Both the position numbers and the translations under genes were made by a program. From NCBI RefSeq assembly GCF_009914755.1, contig NC_060931.1: a stretch of 64,000 bases of DNA; one strand, given 5' to 3'. Below the pieces are notes generated by a model. It saw nothing but the letters and a program-made list of their open reading frames with translations. It was not told the DNA's origin and did not search any database. Source of the DNA: the human T2T-CHM13v2.0 reference genome, Homo sapiens. Below, in pieces: positions 61,022 to 64,000 of this stretch; positions within the stretch are counted from its first letter, which is position 1; every line of letters starts with the position of its first letter.

Positions 61022-61126
61022 GATTTCCAATTTCCAAGCCTGATGGGATCTCCCAGCTGGAACAGGATCTACAGGTCTTTGATCTGGAAACTAAGACTAG
61101 AGAAGTCTTAAGAGATGACTGCTCAG
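61022..61126 (+). CDS. ZNF655: ZNF655 cassette KRAB-B exon (GFPISKPDGISQLEQDLQVFDLETKTREVLRDDCS)
   Basis: gagcAG acceptor, GTGAGT donor; 105 nt, phase 1->1; KPD.ISQLEQ KRAB-B motif. Confidence 0.88.
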
Positions 61127-61578
61127 GTGAGTAAGGCAGAATCAGATAGAATTAGTAGGGAAGTAAAGTTCAATTGTTGAGCCAAGTTGTAGCTGCTTTG
61201 GCACTCAGAATGAAGAGCTCTGTGTGTGTCCTAGCATGGAGAGTTCCTTCCTTTTCCCTTCAGTTAGGTTGACCCTTTCCATTTGTTTAGTATCCGTGCA
61301 CATGTCGTACTAGACCCCAATCAAGTTGCTTATCTAAAATTCTTTCAGCTGTTTCCCTATTATTTCCTTACTCTGCTGAACATGTCCGCTGTTTTACCTC
61401 ACTGCTCCTGTTTATGCCCTTAACTTCTGCTGTTGAGATTTTGTGCCTGTTTTTCAGAGTAAATAAACTTTTCTTGTCCTTGTAGATACTACATTGTTTA
61501 GTTTTCTCATCTGAGTTTTCTTTTCCTAAGCACAGGGTACAGATTACATTTGCATTTTCTATTTATATATTGTATCAG

Positions 61579-62918
61579 ATGGAGAGACCAGAGAAGAGAA
61601 CAAGCTGTTGATTCCTAAGCAGAAAATTTCGGAAGAAGTGCATTCATACAAAGTGAGAGTAGGAAGACTCAAACACGATATTACCCAAGTTCCTGAGACT
61701 AGAGAAGTGTATAAGTCTGAGGACAGATTAGAAAGACTTCAGGAAATTCTAAGGAAATTTCTGTACCTGGAGAGAGAGTTTAGGCAAATAACAATCAGCA
61801 AGGAAACCTTCACCAGTGAGAAGAACAATGAATGTCATGAACCCGAAAAAAGCTTCAGTCTGGACTCTACTATTGATGCAGATCAGAGAGTTCTTAGAAT
61901 ACAGAATACCGATGACAATGATAAGTATGACATGAGCTTCAACCAGAATTCAGCCTCTGGTAAACATGAACACTTAAATCTAACAGAGGATTTTCAGAGT
62001 AGTGAATGTAAGGAAAGCTTAATGGATCTCTCCCACCTTAATAAATGGGAGAGCATCCCTAACACTGAGAAATCCTATAAATGTGATGTATGTGGGAAAA
62101 TTTTCCATCAGAGCTCAGCCCTTACTAGACATCAGAGAATCCATACTAGAGAGAAGCCCTACAAATGTAAAGAATGTGAAAAGTCTTTCAGTCAGAGCTC
62201 AAGTCTTAGTCGACATAAAAGAATACACACTAGAGAAAAACCTTACAAATGTGAAGCATCTGATAAATCCTGTGAAGCGTCTGATAAATCCTGTAGTCCA
62301 AGCTCAGGCATAATTCAGCATAAGAAAATTCACACCAGAGCCAAATCTTACAAATGTAGCAGTTGTGAAAGAGTCTTCAGTCGTAGTGTCCACCTTACTC
62401 AACATCAGAAAATTCACAAAGAGATGCCCTGTAAGTGTACTGTATGTGGCAGTGACTTCTGCCATACTTCATACCTACTTGAACATCAGAGGGTCCATCA
62501 TGAAGAGAAAGCCTATGAGTATGATGAATATGGGTTGGCCTATATTAAACAACAAGGAATTCATTTCAGAGAAAAGCCCTATACGTGTAGTGAATGTGGA
62601 AAAGACTTCAGATTGAATTCACATCTTATTCAGCATCAAAGAATTCACACAGGAGAGAAAGCACATGAATGTAATGAATGTGGAAAAGCTTTCAGTCAAA
62701 CCTCATGCCTTATTCAGCATCACAAAATGCATAGGAAAGAGAAATCGTATGAATGTAATGAGTATGAGGGCAGTTTCAGTCATAGCTCAGATCTTATCCT
62801 GCAACAAGAAGTCCTCACCAGACAGAAAGCCTTTGATTGTGATGTATGGGAAAAGAACTCCAGTCAGAGAGCACATCTAGTTCAACATCAGAGCATTCAT
62901 ACCAAAGAGAACTCATGA
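61579..62918 (+). CDS. ZNF655: ZNF655 terminal zinc-finger exon (6 intact and ~4 degenerate C2H2 fingers)
   Basis: tgtatcAG acceptor, phase 1; exon 49894-50029 plus this exon gives 491 aa, matching recalled VIK-1. Confidence 0.95.
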
Positions 62919-63570
62919 ATGTAATGAAGATGGGAAGATATTTATCAAATTCAGGCTTCATTCAGCATCTGAGAGTTCACACCAGGGAGAAATCATGTAT
63001 GTACTGCATGTGGTAAAGCCTTCAGTCATAGCTCAGCCATTGCTCAGCATCAGATAATTCACACCAGAGAGAAACCCTCTGAATGTGACGAATGAAGAAA
63101 AGGTATTAGTGTTAAACTCTTAATCGACTCCTGCAAATCTATACCAGTGAGAAATCTTACAAATGTATTGAATGTGGCAAATTTTTCATGCTATTAGTAT
63201 TTTCATACCTTAGTCACATTTGGAGAATTCACATGGGAATAAAATTCCATTGCTGCAATGAATGTGAAAAAGCCATCAGTCAAAGAAACTACCTTGTTTA
63301 GTATCAAATTCACGCCATGCAAAAAGATTATAAATGTAATAAGCATGTATGTGTGTGAGGAGATTCAGTCATAACCCAACGCTCATTCAACATCAAAGAA
63401 TTTATACCTAAGAGAACTTATTTGGGTGTAGTAAATGGCACATCTTTCAATAGGAGTTTAACTAGTCTTTGTCATATCAGAATATCCATAGTAGACAAGA
63501 ATTTGATGTAACGCAAATGGAAAAACTCGACACCACATTTCAGGCTTTACCCAACATCGAAATAATGGAG
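62919..63570 (+). pseudogene. Fossil zinc-finger repeats in the ZNF655 3'UTR
   Basis: Continuing cacaccagagagaaa / tgtaatgaatgtg / cattcaacatca motifs with frameshifts and stops. Confidence 0.8.
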
Positions 63571-63759
63571 AGAAAATTGTTGATTATTTGTTTATGAAAT
63601 TGTTAATACATAGTCCCAATCTTTTTCATTGCACAAAAATCTAGGGTTGACTTGGTAAATGCAGTGACATTTTCTCATGGAGTTCCTTTATTTAATATGT
63701 ATTCTAAGTAGGTACGTTTATTTTTACTTTTTTATTATAATTTTGATATTAAAAAGAAC

Positions 63760-63875
63760 AGAGATGGGGTCTTGCTTTGTTGCCCAGGCTGGTCTTGAAC
63801 TCCTGGCCTCAAGCGATCCTCCCACCTGTCCTCCCAAAGTGCTGGGGTTACAGGCGTGTGTCACTGTGCTGGGCC
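63760..63875 (-). mobile_element. Alu left-arm/FLAM fragment
   Basis: Alu consensus. Confidence 0.8.
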
Positions 63876-64000
63876 TATTTTATTTATAGAACTCATTTAA
63901 GCTGTTTTTATTTTAATATGCCCTATAAACATTTTTATATTTTTTGAAATTGGTTCTTAGTGTTCACAACTTCCATAAGATACTGCTAATGCACCAGTAT

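Overview
Primate, most likely human, genomic DNA. It is extremely Alu-rich (about 80-90 copies or fragments) and I recognise it as the 7q22.1 zinc-finger cluster. In order it contains: (1) the last five coding exons and 3'UTR of ZKSCAN5 (+; the SCAN exon lies upstream of the window); (2) an LTR16/ERVL remnant and MaLR LTRs; (3) a heavily decayed C2H2 zinc-finger pseudogene exon (-, ~29.4-30.6 kb) with an orphan CpG island at ~32-32.7 kb; (4) FAM200A (-), a single-coding-exon domesticated hAT/Buster (Charlie) transposase; (5) an old ERVL pol fossil between two CpG-island promoters; (6) essentially all of ZNF655/VIK (+), with its alternative KRAB-A, KRAB-only terminal, KRAB-B and zinc-finger exons. 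The most interesting observation is that the first 35 residues of FAM200A and the 5'UTR of its coding exon look like the pre-SCAN leader of a ZKSCAN1-type gene. This leader is fused in frame to a BED-less transposase with an intact DDE triad, followed by a decayed Charlie terminus and, further downstream on the same strand, a dead zinc-finger exon. This suggests a transposon captured a ZKSCAN gene's start exon. Other notable items are a duplicated finger exon in ZKSCAN5, a SCAN-less and split KRAB/finger architecture in ZNF655, a MER85 element, a twin-primed L1 and a templated insertion inside an Alu. Gene and repeat-family names come from recall, not database searches.
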